A DNA stretch of 64,000 nucleotides, taken from assembly GCA_963803145.1 (NCBI GenBank), contig CAWDLW010000008.1, positions 224,001-288,000 of the forward strand, given 5' to 3'. This document shows, piece after piece, positions 9,289 through 19,747 of the stretch; position 1 is the first letter of the stretch, and every line of letters starts with the position of its first letter. The position numbers were made by a program, and so were the translations under genes. The notes below the pieces were generated by a model. That model ran no database searches. It saw only the letters and a program-made list of their open reading frames with translations, and was not told where the DNA came from. Source of the DNA: Methanotrichaceae archaeon. GTDB taxonomy: Archaea; Halobacteriota; Methanosarcinia; Methanotrichales; Methanotrichaceae.

Positions 9289-10307
9289 CCTCTCCTCCTG
9301 GCAATCATCATTGCATGCATCATTCCGCCGGATGCCTCTGCTTCTCTCATCTTTTTGCCTGTAAATTTGAGAAACACGTCCTCTAGAGTGGGCTCATGGA
9401 GGCCGACGGATTTTATAGTTACGTTATTCTTGTATGCCTCTGCCATAACCTCCGGAACTCTAGCCTGGGCATGATCAACCATCAGCTCTATCGTCCCATT
9501 GAAGCTGTTTGTTGACTTAATCCAGTCTAAGGATTTTAATGATTTTATTAGCCTGTCCGCATCGCCTTGAGACTCCAAAGTAATAGTATCTGCTCCAATC
9601 ATGTCCTTGAGATTCTGGGGGTTATCCAAGGCGACGATCTTGCCATTATCTATGATGGCGACACGATCGCAGAGGTAATCCGCCTCTTCCATATAATGCG
9701 TCGTGAGGACGATCGTCACTCCTTCCTTCTCGTTCATATTCCTGACATATTGCCAGATATATCGTCTTGTCTGGGCATCCAGTCCGAGCGTGGGCTCATC
9801 CAGGAATAACACATTGGGATGATGCATAAGCCCACGGGCGATCTCTAGCCTCCGCTGCATACCGCCTGAGTAATCCTCCATTTTTATATCAGCCTTGTCG
9901 GTAAGGTCAACGAGGCTAAGAACCTCTTCGATCCTCTTCTTTCGCAGAGATCCATCCATGCCATACATCCTTCCGTGGAAATCCAAATTCTCTCTGCCTG
10001 TAAGCATAGTATCTATGCTAATATCCTGGAACACTACGCCTATGGATGATCTCACTGCATTTCTTTCCTTAGCTACATTATGGCCCCAGACCCATGCCTC
10101 GCCTTCGGTCGGTTTAAGCATGGTTGTGAGCATTTTGATGAGGGTGCTCTTGCCCGCCCCGTTAGGCCCAAGAAGTCCGAAAAGCTCTCCTTTCTTGATT
10201 TCTAGATCAACAGAGTTGACTGCCACTAGGCCATCGAATCTCTTAATCAGGCCTCGCAAGAGGATTGCAGCATCTTTGGTTGTTGTAGTTTGAAGTTCAT
10301 TCATCAA
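9285..10307 (-). CDS. ABC transporter ATP-binding protein (DrrA-like)
   Basis: GPNGAGKST, YSGGMQRRLEIA, LDEPTLGLD, TTHYMEEA, PTLEDVFL. Confidence 0.95.
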   Translation of the reverse strand: MMNELQTTTTKDAAILLRGLIKRFDGLVAVNSVDLEIKKGELFGLLGPNGAGKSTLIKMLTTMLKPTEGEAWVWGHNVAKERNAVRSSIGVVFQDISIDTMLTGRENLDFHGRMYGMDGSLRKKRIEEVLSLVDLTDKADIKMEDYSGGMQRRLEIARGLMHHPNVLFLDEPTLGLDAQTRRYIWQYVRNMNEKEGVTIVLTTHYMEEADYLCDRVAIIDNGKIVALDNPQNLKDMIGADTITLESQGDADRLIKSLKSLDWIKSTNSFNGTIELMVDHAQARVPEVMAEAYKNNVTIKSVGLHEPTLEDVFLKFTGKKMREAEASGGMMHAMMIARRRG

Positions 10308-10413
10308 TACTTCTCCTTTGAAAAGGCAACCATCTTCTTTACCAAGTTGATTTATTCTCCAAGTTGATTTATTCTAAGTCGGTTTTAATTCAGCCATCAT
10401 TTACTAAACATCC

Positions 10414-11070
10414 CTAAATCTGTAGGGAGAATTTGTAGTCGTGTACTCCAAGGGCCCTGCCCACGAGGTCTTCGAGGGCAGTTCGTATGTTCTCACGATT
10501 TACTTTATCGCCCTTCTCAGTTTCTTTTAGATCATTAGTGGTTTCAGATAAGGTAAATATATGGAGTGCAGACGCAAGCAATATTACCAGAAGATATGAT
10601 GTTTCCAGCGGGCAGCTCACATCGAAGCGACCTTTCTCAGCCCCTTTTGAGATCACTTCCGCCATTAGCGGGGCAATCCTTGAAAAGGACTTTATCTTCA
10701 TCAGCTTCTTATTTAGTGTGGCATTATTCTCCTGGTGAATGTAGTTGAGGATCTTCTTCCCTGAGGCGGTAAGGCTGATGAAATGATTTATCATTTCGTT
10801 GAGTTTAGCAGCTTCGTCAAGGTCGTCCCTGCCGGCGATCTTTCTTAGGGCCGCCTCCATACTCGCAATATTCCTTTCTAGTATGGCAACAAGAACATCC
10901 TCTTTTGAATCGAAGTAGTAGTAATAAGCCCCCTGAGATACATTGATCTCTCTCACTATATCGCTTATAGCGGTCTGGTCATATCCTGCGGTGACAAACA
11001 GGCGCTCAGCGGTGTCTATCAGCTCTTTTCTTCTCTCTTCTGGATCTTTTACTACTCTCTTCATCATCAC
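10414..11070 (-). CDS. TetR/AcrR family transcriptional regulator
   Basis: N-terminal HTH ERRKELIDTAERLF...GYDQTAISDI...GAYYYYFDSKED. Confidence 0.93.
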   Translation of the reverse strand: MMMKRVVKDPEERRKELIDTAERLFVTAGYDQTAISDIVREINVSQGAYYYYFDSKEDVLVAILERNIASMEAALRKIAGRDDLDEAAKLNEMINHFISLTASGKKILNYIHQENNATLNKKLMKIKSFSRIAPLMAEVISKGAEKGRFDVSCPLETSYLLVILLASALHIFTLSETTNDLKETEKGDKVNRENIRTALEDLVGRALGVHDYKFSLQI

Positions 11071-11074
11071 ATCA

Positions 11075-11095
11075 ACTGACTAACTATAAGTCAGT
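11075..11095. promoter_or_regulatory. Putative TetR operator ACTGACT-N7-AGTCAGT
   Basis: Perfect 7-bp inverted repeat between the tetR start codon and the minus-strand TATA-like TTTATAA (~11103-11109). Confidence 0.7.
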
Positions 11096-11467
11096 CATGT
11101 TATTATAAATACGCTTTGGCTGGTTAAGTGATATAGTGCCTGAAAAGAGGATGGCCCATATGGTAACCTATCATAGGCTTCTGCCCTCTTGGTACTTCGC
11201 GAAAGCCCCTGAATCTACAGATATCCCAAGCTTCTTCGAAACCGGGGTTCAACAAGGATAGCTAAGGCTGGAAATGGTTGCATGGATAGATCTTATTTAT
11301 GGCTCGACCAAGAGATCAGATTTATAAGCATAAAGTGCAATCATGGGGCAACGACATGATGGAGCAGATGCCGATAAACGGTCAGATAAAAAAAATGGAA
11401 AGTATACGCAAAGTATATATAGAGATATAAAGATGATAGTTCGTAAATATATTAGGACAGTCATAAG

Positions 11468-14400
11468 TTGGAGGAGATGATGTATCCTATCAGGATTACT
11501 GGGGTTTGCCTGCTTTTTTTGATAATAGCGGCAGCTATACCAATGGGGGGACTGGCTTCTAACGGCATAGCCGGTCCAGGTCTTAATTCAGAATACAGCA
11601 AAATACCAATTAAGGACTCATCGGCAGTGAGCGAGGTTCCGTCCGCTCTTGTGAGCCCAATACCTCTGCAGCTATATGCGGCTTCGGAGAATAATACTAC
11701 AAATACTTCTGCCAATCGGACAGAACTCAGTAATATAACAGCGGCCAGTACTCCGGCTATACCAGTGAGCAATGCAACGGAGCAGTCCACTCCGGCCCCA
11801 ACTGAATCCAACGTAACTTCAGCTCAGGTCAACATTACTCCGGATATGATACCTACTGCCAACGGAACATCTGCAAACGTGACACCCCCAGAAAATGTCA
11901 CAAGCAGCGTGGTGGCCAATGAGACTTCAAGCATGCCTGTGAATGCGACTGTCACAAATGCAACTGCTATAAACGCAACTGCTATAAACACCGCTAATAA
12001 TAGCACGGCCAATAGTTCGGTTAATATCACTGAAGCCAATAATACCATTGCTAATAATACCATTGCTAATAATACCATTGCTAATATTACTTCAGCACAA
12101 AATGCAACGAACGCAACTCTTCCGGGGAATGCTACAACATCCAGCAATGTTACAACTCCTGAGGTAGTACCCTCGACAAGTGGAGGAGCGTCTGAGATTG
12201 CTGCGCCTGCAGAGGCGACAGCAGTGTCTGGAAATGATCGCATCTGGAGGCAAGGGATAGACCCGCTCGATTATACATGGACTCCCCAGAGCTTCTCGGG
12301 ATTCTTCTATGATCTGAAGGATGAGGTTGGAGCAGAGACTCTGACAGTGCACCTCGGTGGAACTGCTAGCAATCCAAATAGAGCAGTTGATCAAAACAAC
12401 CTTGTATACAAGTCAAATGTGCAGTCTATAAAATATAAGTTCGAGAGTTGGGGAAGCTATAATGTCATGGGCTTCATGGCTGACAAGTACTTTGCAGGTT
12501 ACGGCAAAACAGAGGTAGTAGATAGCAATATCAGCCTTATAAATGATGGCCAGCTCAGGCAGGTCCTAATAGATAACGATGATGAGCACACAATAACATC
12601 CGGCTCAGTCCTGCCGCTTGAAGAGGGCTATGAGCTGCGCGTTAAAGAGGTCGATGTCAATGGAAACAAGGCCTATATGTCGCTTGCCAAGGATGGCAAG
12701 GAGATCGATAGCAAGGTGATAAGTCCTGATAGCCTCACATCATCAACCTATGAGTATAAAATATCGATAAGCGGGGAGGATGTGCCCATAATCATGGCGC
12801 ATATTGCCAATGTATTCGCCAGCGCAGAGTCCAACCTTGTAACTGTCGATGGGCTGTTCCAATTATCCGGAGATTACACTTCAATCGATAGCGGCGACAA
12901 ATACGGAAAGATGAAGGTTACCAGTTATGATGACAGCGGTATAACAATGAAGAACGAGGATACGCTCACACTAAGAAAGGCCGGGACTGTAAACATATTC
13001 GGAGATGTAGCTTTCCTCGTAGCTGATGCCGATGCGCTGAGATTTGCTCCAATAGTCCAGAGGACAGGAACCTATACAGTCAGAGGAACTATAATTAAGC
13101 CATCTGACTATAACGGCAAGCAGTTTACCTGGACCCCTTACAACTTTGAGGGATTCTACTATGATATCGATAACGATATAGGAACAGAGAACCTCACGGC
13201 CAAATTTACCAGCAACTCGATACAGGAGGGCGATCTGTTCTATGAGACCAAGCCAATGTCTATCAAGTTCAAGTTCGAGGACTGGGGAAAATACGATGTC
13301 ATAGGCTTCATGGCCGATAAGTACTTCGCAGGTTATAACAATGGTACTGTATTCACAGATCCCTTCAGCGTCATAAATGAGGGACAGCTCAGAAAGGTGC
13401 TGATTGACAGCGATGATCAACAGACGATAGCTACGGGATCGGTTCTGGCTCTGCAAGAAGGCTATGAGCTGCGCATCAAGCAGGTCGATATAAACGGCAA
13501 CAAAGTCTATCTGTCCCTTGCTAAGGACGGCAAGGAGGTCGACAGCAAAGTGGTTACTCCGTCATCCTCGATAACTGATAAGGCAGCGGACTATATGTAT
13601 AAGGTAACTGTCGGGTCCCAGAAGGATATCCCCATAATAGTTGCCCACGTTCAGAGCGTCTTCAGGGGCACAGAGACGGATCTTGCAACCATTGATGCCC
13701 TCTTCCAGGTTTCTGATAACCCTGAATCTGTAGAGGAGGGTCAGGTTTACGATAAGATGAAGATCACATCGCTATCCTCCGATAGCATAACGATGACGAA
13801 CCGTGATAATGCAATCAGCCTTGGGCAGAATAGGATTATCACAGTCATGGGCAATCTCCAGTTCCAGGTAGCAGATAATCCGAATAGGGATTTGGCGCCA
13901 ATAGCTCAGGAGACCACAGCAGGAAGCCTGATGACCCTCAGTGTTCCAGCAGCTATAGTAAGTACTCCAGTTCAAATCAGCGTCAAAGCAGGAACAGAGG
14001 CACTGAGCGGCGTCCAGGTCTTAGTATCAGGAGAGAATGTAGGCAACACAGATGTGACAGGGAATATAAGCTATACTCCAAACAGCACAGGCACCTTTGA
14101 TGTAGTTGCAAGGAAGATCGGATACAGCGATGCTACTGGATCACTCGTGGTCACCACATCTGCTGGAGCCGTTGCTTCTGCAGCTAAAGCGGCATTAAAC
14201 AATACCCTCACCATCAATGTGCCATCAGAAGTGATCAAAGGAGAGAGCTTCATAATAACGGTGGTAGGCGGTGCCAATCAGACGCCTGTGGCAAACGTCA
14301 GCATATTGTTCGATAATACCAGCTTAGGCATTACAAGCCCGGACGGAACGATCACCTACATAGCGAATGTGATAGGAGATCATACAGTGACGGCACAATT

Positions 14401-14830
14401 GACAGGCTACCAGAGTGTTACAAGGACTGTCTCAGTGATATCGCCTATAAAAGTAGTCGGTATCAGTGTGCCGCTAAAGGCGAATACAGGCCAAGCCGTC
14501 AAGGTTACAGCGAACGTTCAGAACACAGGAACTGCAAACGATACAGAAAAGCTGGATCTGATTGTAAACGGCAATGTTACCGATAGCAGGAACGTCACAC
14601 TCGGGCCTGGACAAAATACGACAGCAACCTTTAGCTACACTCCAAAGGACCCAGGAGTTTATAGGATCAATGTGGATGACCAAAGCGGAACTCTAACTGC
14701 GGAGAAGGCACAGACCAACTTTGCGCTGATAGCCTTGATCCTGGTTATCCTCATTGCGATAGGAGCAGGAGCCTACCTATATAAGACAGGAGAGCTTGAG
14801 AAGCTAAGACAACGCCTGCAAAACCGCTAA
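11468..14830 (+). CDS. S-layer protein with two Methanosarcinales-type S-layer (DUF1608-like) domains, N-terminal Asn/Thr-rich region, C-terminal Ig/CARDB-like domains and TM anchor
   Basis: Duplicated WTPxxFxGFxYD...GFMADKYFAGY...LxEGYELR domains; signal peptide; C-terminal hydrophobic helix. Confidence 0.9.
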   Translation: MEEMMYPIRITGVCLLFLIIAAAIPMGGLASNGIAGPGLNSEYSKIPIKDSSAVSEVPSALVSPIPLQLYAASENNTTNTSANRTELSNITAASTPAIPVSNATEQSTPAPTESNVTSAQVNITPDMIPTANGTSANVTPPENVTSSVVANETSSMPVNATVTNATAINATAINTANNSTANSSVNITEANNTIANNTIANNTIANITSAQNATNATLPGNATTSSNVTTPEVVPSTSGGASEIAAPAEATAVSGNDRIWRQGIDPLDYTWTPQSFSGFFYDLKDEVGAETLTVHLGGTASNPNRAVDQNNLVYKSNVQSIKYKFESWGSYNVMGFMADKYFAGYGKTEVVDSNISLINDGQLRQVLIDNDDEHTITSGSVLPLEEGYELRVKEVDVNGNKAYMSLAKDGKEIDSKVISPDSLTSSTYEYKISISGEDVPIIMAHIANVFASAESNLVTVDGLFQLSGDYTSIDSGDKYGKMKVTSYDDSGITMKNEDTLTLRKAGTVNIFGDVAFLVADADALRFAPIVQRTGTYTVRGTIIKPSDYNGKQFTWTPYNFEGFYYDIDNDIGTENLTAKFTSNSIQEGDLFYETKPMSIKFKFEDWGKYDVIGFMADKYFAGYNNGTVFTDPFSVINEGQLRKVLIDSDDQQTIATGSVLALQEGYELRIKQVDINGNKVYLSLAKDGKEVDSKVVTPSSSITDKAADYMYKVTVGSQKDIPIIVAHVQSVFRGTETDLATIDALFQVSDNPESVEEGQVYDKMKITSLSSDSITMTNRDNAISLGQNRIITVMGNLQFQVADNPNRDLAPIAQETTAGSLMTLSVPAAIVSTPVQISVKAGTEALSGVQVLVSGENVGNTDVTGNISYTPNSTGTFDVVARKIGYSDATGSLVVTTSAGAVASAAKAALNNTLTINVPSEVIKGESFIITVVGGANQTPVANVSILFDNTSLGITSPDGTITYIANVIGDHTVTAQLTGYQSVTRTVSVISPIKVVGISVPLKANTGQAVKVTANVQNTGTANDTEKLDLIVNGNVTDSRNVTLGPGQNTTATFSYTPKDPGVYRINVDDQSGTLTAEKAQTNFALIALILVILIAIGAGAYLYKTGELEKLRQRLQNR
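12038..12082 (+). repeat. Coding tandem repeat (AATAATACCATTGCT)x3 = NNTIA x3
   Basis: Read directly from sequence. Confidence 0.9.
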
Positions 14831-14862
14831 AAATTATCCTATGCCGATAATTTTTAGTAGTG

Positions 14863-14895
14863 GGGACCCAAAGGGTCCCTAATATTTTATTTAAT
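14863..14895 (+). terminator. Hairpin GGGACCC-AAA-GGGTCCC followed by T-rich tract after the S-layer gene
   Basis: Perfect 7-bp stem 33 nt after the stop, between convergent genes. Confidence 0.5.
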
Positions 14896-15096
14896 CCTTT
14901 CGAACAATCTTCTCTAGAACGTCGTTCTCTTAAATATATGATATATACATATAAATTTTTTAATTAAAATTACGGACTGCTAGTGCTTCTTATGTAGCCA
15001 AATGCTAAACATAGATGGCAAATGCATCGGACATAAGTAATCTAATAATCGCAAAAACAGTTTTGGGCAGGCTGCAGCCTGCCCTATTTTCCCGTA

Positions 15097-16479
15097 TCAA
15101 TAGCTCTTCTGGTTCCTGGTCCTTACATTATATGCAAGATATTTTTCTCTATCTTTATCCTGCAAGTAGACAAAACTGTATCTGCTATCTTCGATATGCT
15201 CCTTGTACTCCTCCATAGCATCCGTCTTGCAATTAGAGCATGCATGGCGAGGGATTGATACACAATAGGCTGTATTCAGGATGCCATAACCTCGCTGAGC
15301 CTGAGATGATATGGTCATGTAGCCGGAGCAATCAGGACAAAGCCGAACAGACTCCTCTTGGCTCTCGTTGATCATATCTGTATCGTAGAAGATCCGCTTG
15401 CGCCTGCGATAGAAGTCGCCTAGCTCAGCGAGAGCATTCTCTACCAGCGAGTCCCGCTCGTCCCAGATCTTTTGGACTTGAGCAACAGTGGATTCAATCG
15501 ATCTTTCCATCTCTGGAGATTGAACGAACTGTCCTGGAACATAATCCGGCTCTTTGACATGGGAGTAATCGAGACCAGCCATTGCCTGAATGATTCCTGT
15601 ATTGACGTAGGGCAGCGCAGTCTCTATGGCATATCCTCCCTCAAGCACACAGATATCTGGAGCAAGCTTCTCGTTCAGCCGGGCATATCCTTGTGCAGAG
15701 AATCGCATGTTAGCCAACGGATCCGTATAATGGTTATCCTGGCCCGCAGAGTTAAGCACAAGATCAGGCTTGAACTCCTCCAGAACAGGCATGATAAGGT
15801 TGTCCAGAACATAATGGATGCCGTCGTCTGTTGTCCCCGGCGGCAGGGGAATATTCAGAGTTCTTCCTAGTGCCTGAGGTCCGCCCATCTCATTGACGAA
15901 GCCTGAGCCGGGGTAGAGCGTCCTGCCGTCCTGGTGGAATGAGATACACAGCACATCGGGATCATGCCAGAAGATATCCTGAGTCCCATCTCCATGATGG
16001 ACATCTGTATCAACAACTGCTATTCTTTTGTGGCCATACTTTGACCGCAGGTACTCGACCAGGATGGCCATATTGTTGATGTTGCAGAAGCCACGGTTGC
16101 CGTGGACAACGTAACAAGAGTGATGACCTGGAGGCCTAACCAGTGCAAAGCCATTCCGAATATCGCCTTTCTCCATTGCATCGGCCAAAGTTAATGTGCT
16201 TCCGCTCGCGATTAAATGAGCCTCAGTAATCTGTGCTTCAACATCTGGAACACAGAAATGGGCTCGAGCTATGTCCTTCAGCTCTGCAAGCCTCGGCTTA
16301 TATTCCTCAATCTGCGGAAGGTCCATAAGCCCTTCCTCGAAGATCTGATCCCTAGTGTAAAGCAGGCGCTCCTCTCGTTCTGGATGTGTTGGCGATATGG
16401 CCCAATCGAAGGCAGGGAAGAATATCAGGCCGGTCTTTTCGGATTTGCTCTTAGAGGCAGCCATTTTCATCGCCTCCAT
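15097..16479 (-). CDS. Histone deacetylase/acetoin-utilization family hydrolase with C-terminal Cys-rich extension
   Basis: HPERxERL, RPPGHH, GFCxxNN, DTDVHHGDGTQ, SFHQ, YPGSG, SAGQD and LEGGY motifs. Confidence 0.92.
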   Translation of the reverse strand: MEAMKMAASKSKSEKTGLIFFPAFDWAISPTHPEREERLLYTRDQIFEEGLMDLPQIEEYKPRLAELKDIARAHFCVPDVEAQITEAHLIASGSTLTLADAMEKGDIRNGFALVRPPGHHSCYVVHGNRGFCNINNMAILVEYLRSKYGHKRIAVVDTDVHHGDGTQDIFWHDPDVLCISFHQDGRTLYPGSGFVNEMGGPQALGRTLNIPLPPGTTDDGIHYVLDNLIMPVLEEFKPDLVLNSAGQDNHYTDPLANMRFSAQGYARLNEKLAPDICVLEGGYAIETALPYVNTGIIQAMAGLDYSHVKEPDYVPGQFVQSPEMERSIESTVAQVQKIWDERDSLVENALAELGDFYRRRKRIFYDTDMINESQEESVRLCPDCSGYMTISSQAQRGYGILNTAYCVSIPRHACSNCKTDAMEEYKEHIEDSRYSFVYLQDKDREKYLAYNVRTRNQKSY

Positions 16480-18137
16480 TCTTCGAGAATTCCCGCAGGA
16501 ATCTCCATTCTAACATCCAGAAGCCTGCCGACTGTAGACCATCCCCGGACCATATTGAATATCTCGCTATAGGTCACTTCAGCTTCTTTTGCATATTCGC
16601 TTATTCCGAGCCTCTCAGTTCGCTCAGTAAGCAACTTTCTGGCCATCTCTTCGGCTTGATCGATATTCATGTTTCTTCCGGCTACTTTTCCAATAAGCCC
16701 TTCCTCTGAAACTGTGTATTCTTCTCGCTCTGTATCTATTCTCAAGTTCAAGGTCATAGTGGGGCGGGCAACTGCTGCACCGATTGCATTTGCTACGGGC
16801 GCGTATTCTGGAACTATTGCCTTTGCCCCAAGACGTTTGGCTACGAGTGGAACCAGCGGCGGCGCGCCACCGCCAACGCCGACAACGTTCTGCGCCTGCA
16901 GCTTCTCCTTCTTCACTATCTCCCAAACCCTGTATGCAGGTTCCTGTTCCCATTCCCAAAACATTGCATTCACTTCGGAGACTATCTTCTCAACGACAGC
17001 ATCCACGACCTTCTGTGCAGCCTCCTTAGGACTGACTCTGAGCTTGAGTGCAATATTCTCCATCGCCTTTTGTGCTAAGTCTTCATCTCCGATGGATGAC
17101 ATACCAAGAACTCTCATGGCATCGGTCGGCGTGGGTCCTGGGCCACCCAAGCATAGGGCAGGCCCATCTCTATGTGGTCCGACTGCGATGCAGTCGTTTG
17201 CAATATTAACAATGCTGTCTCCTCCAATGGCAACAGATTTCACGGCAAATGCACGGATATGGGTCAGAAGACTTTCGACCTTTGCACCTTTGGATGAGAG
17301 CAATGGTTTGCCTGAAAGGATCAGGGCTAGATCTGTAGTCGTTCCGCCAATATCAACGACTACTGAGGTCTGGCCAGGCGGTGTTAGGGCCATTACACCC
17401 ATAATGCTGGCAGCCGGCCCTGAGAAAATAGTTTCTACAGGCATTTCGATCGATTTATCCAACGGAAGAGTTCCGCCATCTGCCTTCAGGATATAGACAG
17501 GAGCATAGATCTTGCGCTGCTTTAGGGCTTTATCAATCTGGCTTGTAAACTCCTTGTACTTGTCCTTGGTAGCCACTGTGAGCATAGTAGTAGCTGCACG
17601 TCTTGGGAAGTTCAGCTGGCCGGAAACCTTATGGCCCATCTCTAACTGTGCACCTGGAACTGTGTTTGCTATAATTTCTCGGGCCTTCAGCTCGTGGGCA
17701 TGGTTCCGCTGTCCGAACTTCCCAACGATAGCTATTCTTCTGAAGCCCTTTACAGCTACATCCGAGGCAACATCCTTGATTTGGGATGGGTTCAGTTTAG
17801 CGATCTCTCTTCCTCTATAATCGATGGCTCCATCCAATATCCAAGTGTTCTGGCCGAGGTTGTAATCCTTCGGATTTGCGCCCGGACCCGGGATGAGCAG
17901 GAGTGCAACAGGATCTGTCTTGCCCTCTGCTATCATATTAGTGATAAGTGTGGTGCTCAAAACAACGCGCTCGATTCTGCCGGTATCGATGCCCTTGGTC
18001 AGCTCATCCAGGGCATTAAGTAGGCAGCTCAAAAGATCATTATGATTTGTAGGCACATAAGCCGTTTTGACAACCTTGCCGCCTTCCACTATAGCTGCAT
18101 CGGTTGTTGTTCCACCAACATCAATTCCAACAAGCAT
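16467..18137 (-). CDS. Hydantoinase A/oxoprolinase family protein
   Basis: GIDVGGTTTD, SGPAAS, DIGGTTTD, IGGDS, GPTPTDA, ANAIGAA. Confidence 0.92.
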   Translation of the reverse strand: MLVGIDVGGTTTDAAIVEGGKVVKTAYVPTNHNDLLSCLLNALDELTKGIDTGRIERVVLSTTLITNMIAEGKTDPVALLLIPGPGANPKDYNLGQNTWILDGAIDYRGREIAKLNPSQIKDVASDVAVKGFRRIAIVGKFGQRNHAHELKAREIIANTVPGAQLEMGHKVSGQLNFPRRAATTMLTVATKDKYKEFTSQIDKALKQRKIYAPVYILKADGGTLPLDKSIEMPVETIFSGPAASIMGVMALTPPGQTSVVVDIGGTTTDLALILSGKPLLSSKGAKVESLLTHIRAFAVKSVAIGGDSIVNIANDCIAVGPHRDGPALCLGGPGPTPTDAMRVLGMSSIGDEDLAQKAMENIALKLRVSPKEAAQKVVDAVVEKIVSEVNAMFWEWEQEPAYRVWEIVKKEKLQAQNVVGVGGGAPPLVPLVAKRLGAKAIVPEYAPVANAIGAAVARPTMTLNLRIDTEREEYTVSEEGLIGKVAGRNMNIDQAEEMARKLLTERTERLGISEYAKEAEVTYSEIFNMVRGWSTVGRLLDVRMEIPAGILEEWRR

Positions 18138-18401
18138 GTATTAATCGCCTTACAGCTCCCGCAATTGGAGTGGATGTATATCGGTCTTTTGGTCTTTAGA
18201 CTAAAAGCTGTTTTTAGAGTTCAAGGGGACACTGCAGATAAGGCGCTAGATGGTTTAGTTAACTTTTTCTTCTGACTAGCCTGGTGTAACTCTACTATCC
18301 TTACTATCTTTACTATCCATCTCAACGCCATGCTTATCAAGATCTCAATCTATTAAAGAAAATTATACAGAAGACTCTTCCTTTTAGGGAAAAGGAGGAA
18401 A

Positions 18402-18953
18402 TCACCTTTTTGCCAACTGCCTGATCTTATCCCACCCGGATCCTCCTGTTCTCAGAGGATAATCCAAAATCACATCTATGAAGCCGAAGATGACTGGAGC
18501 GTATACAGCATAAAATTCACGGGCAAACCGTATGGCCTCTTCAACATCGTGGAAATGTCTTATTTCTATCTCTTCTCCAGATGTGCCTTTCACAGAGCTG
18601 ATGCTGCTATCGGCAACGAAGCTTGAAAAACCGCATGATGCCTTTGCAGGCTGGACTGCGTCGATGTTGACAGGAACGCCTCCATAGCAGTCGTATACAT
18701 ATCGAATTAGTTCCTCTTTGCTATGGGCTCCCTCTTCTCTGGCCACCTCTGCGATCTTCTCATCGATATATTCGGGTTGTGGAATAAGATAAGCATCGAT
18801 CACAAAGGAGAACTCATCGCCCTTAGCTTCGCCGAGATCAATGGCCTCAAGGACAAGCCCAAGCTTTACTGGCGAACCGTATCCGAATTCGCATATCCAC
18901 CGATCACTCTCCACGTAAATGATGTTTTCATCAAGCTCCAGGATGTTCAGCAT
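18402..18953 (-). CDS. Hypothetical protein
   Basis: 183-aa ORF with normal composition and own intergenic flanks; no recognised motif. Confidence 0.7.
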   Translation of the reverse strand: MLNILELDENIIYVESDRWICEFGYGSPVKLGLVLEAIDLGEAKGDEFSFVIDAYLIPQPEYIDEKIAEVAREEGAHSKEELIRYVYDCYGGVPVNIDAVQPAKASCGFSSFVADSSISSVKGTSGEEIEIRHFHDVEEAIRFAREFYAVYAPVIFGFIDVILDYPLRTGGSGWDKIRQLAKR

Positions 18954-19164
18954 CGATGAATGTTAGTAATGTTATATGTCATAAACTCTTTTATTCTACA
19001 ATACTCTTGATGCCTTGTATTATATTTATATAATAATTTTTAATTTTATTGAAGCTCTAAACTGAATCTTTCAATAACCGTAAACGCTCTATACCGCAAA
19101 TTCAATTAAAAACTAGCAAGTTATTTAAACTTATAGAATAAGTTGGCAGAAAGGAGATTCTAAA

Positions 19165-19587
19165 ATGGATTTTAAAGATTACATCAATTTTGCAAATGAA
19201 AATCCTATCTGCTATATTGCTACAGATGACGGCAGCCAACCGAGAGTCAGAGCATTTCGAATGTGGTATGCTGATGAGAGCGGCTTCTACTTTCATACAG
19301 GCTCTACAAAAAACATCTACAGGCAGTTGCAGAGCAATCACAGGGTCGAGGTCTGCTTCTGCACGCCCAGGTTCGATAAAATGATGCGGGTAACCGGCGA
19401 AGTCGAGTTCATTGATAATCCTTCTCTTAAGAAGCGACTCGTTGAGGAGAGACCTTTCCTTAAAGCTATTATCAAGGGATTGGATGATCCATTGCTTACG
19501 ATCTTTCGCATAGCCAAGGGCGAGACGCATTTTTGGACCATGGCCGATAATCTAAAGGAATCCGAGATTCCTCGGGTACAATTTTAA
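19165..19587 (+). CDS. Pyridoxamine 5'-phosphate oxidase family (FMN-binding split barrel) protein
   Basis: IATDDGSQPRVR, FYFHTG..K..YRQL..N.RVEVCF, RVTGEV; AAGGAG SD. Confidence 0.88.
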   Translation: MDFKDYINFANENPICYIATDDGSQPRVRAFRMWYADESGFYFHTGSTKNIYRQLQSNHRVEVCFCTPRFDKMMRVTGEVEFIDNPSLKKRLVEERPFLKAIIKGLDDPLLTIFRIAKGETHFWTMADNLKESEIPRVQF

Positions 19588-19747
19588 GACTACTGGTGAT
19601 TGGCCATCGCTATACATCCTAAACTCTGGGGTTATTATAACCAGGGTTCCAACGATAACGAAAAATTCTCTTGCTAGTTATTAAAGAGCCCGGAGTTTAG
19701 GATACATCATCACGGTCCTCCAGAGCACTTCGAACATATGGGCGGGT

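Noticed and set aside
16669-17496. Long antisense ORFs (275 aa here; also 6425-7024, 20508-21107, 26980-27564)
   Set aside because: Shadow frames opposite well-supported genes.
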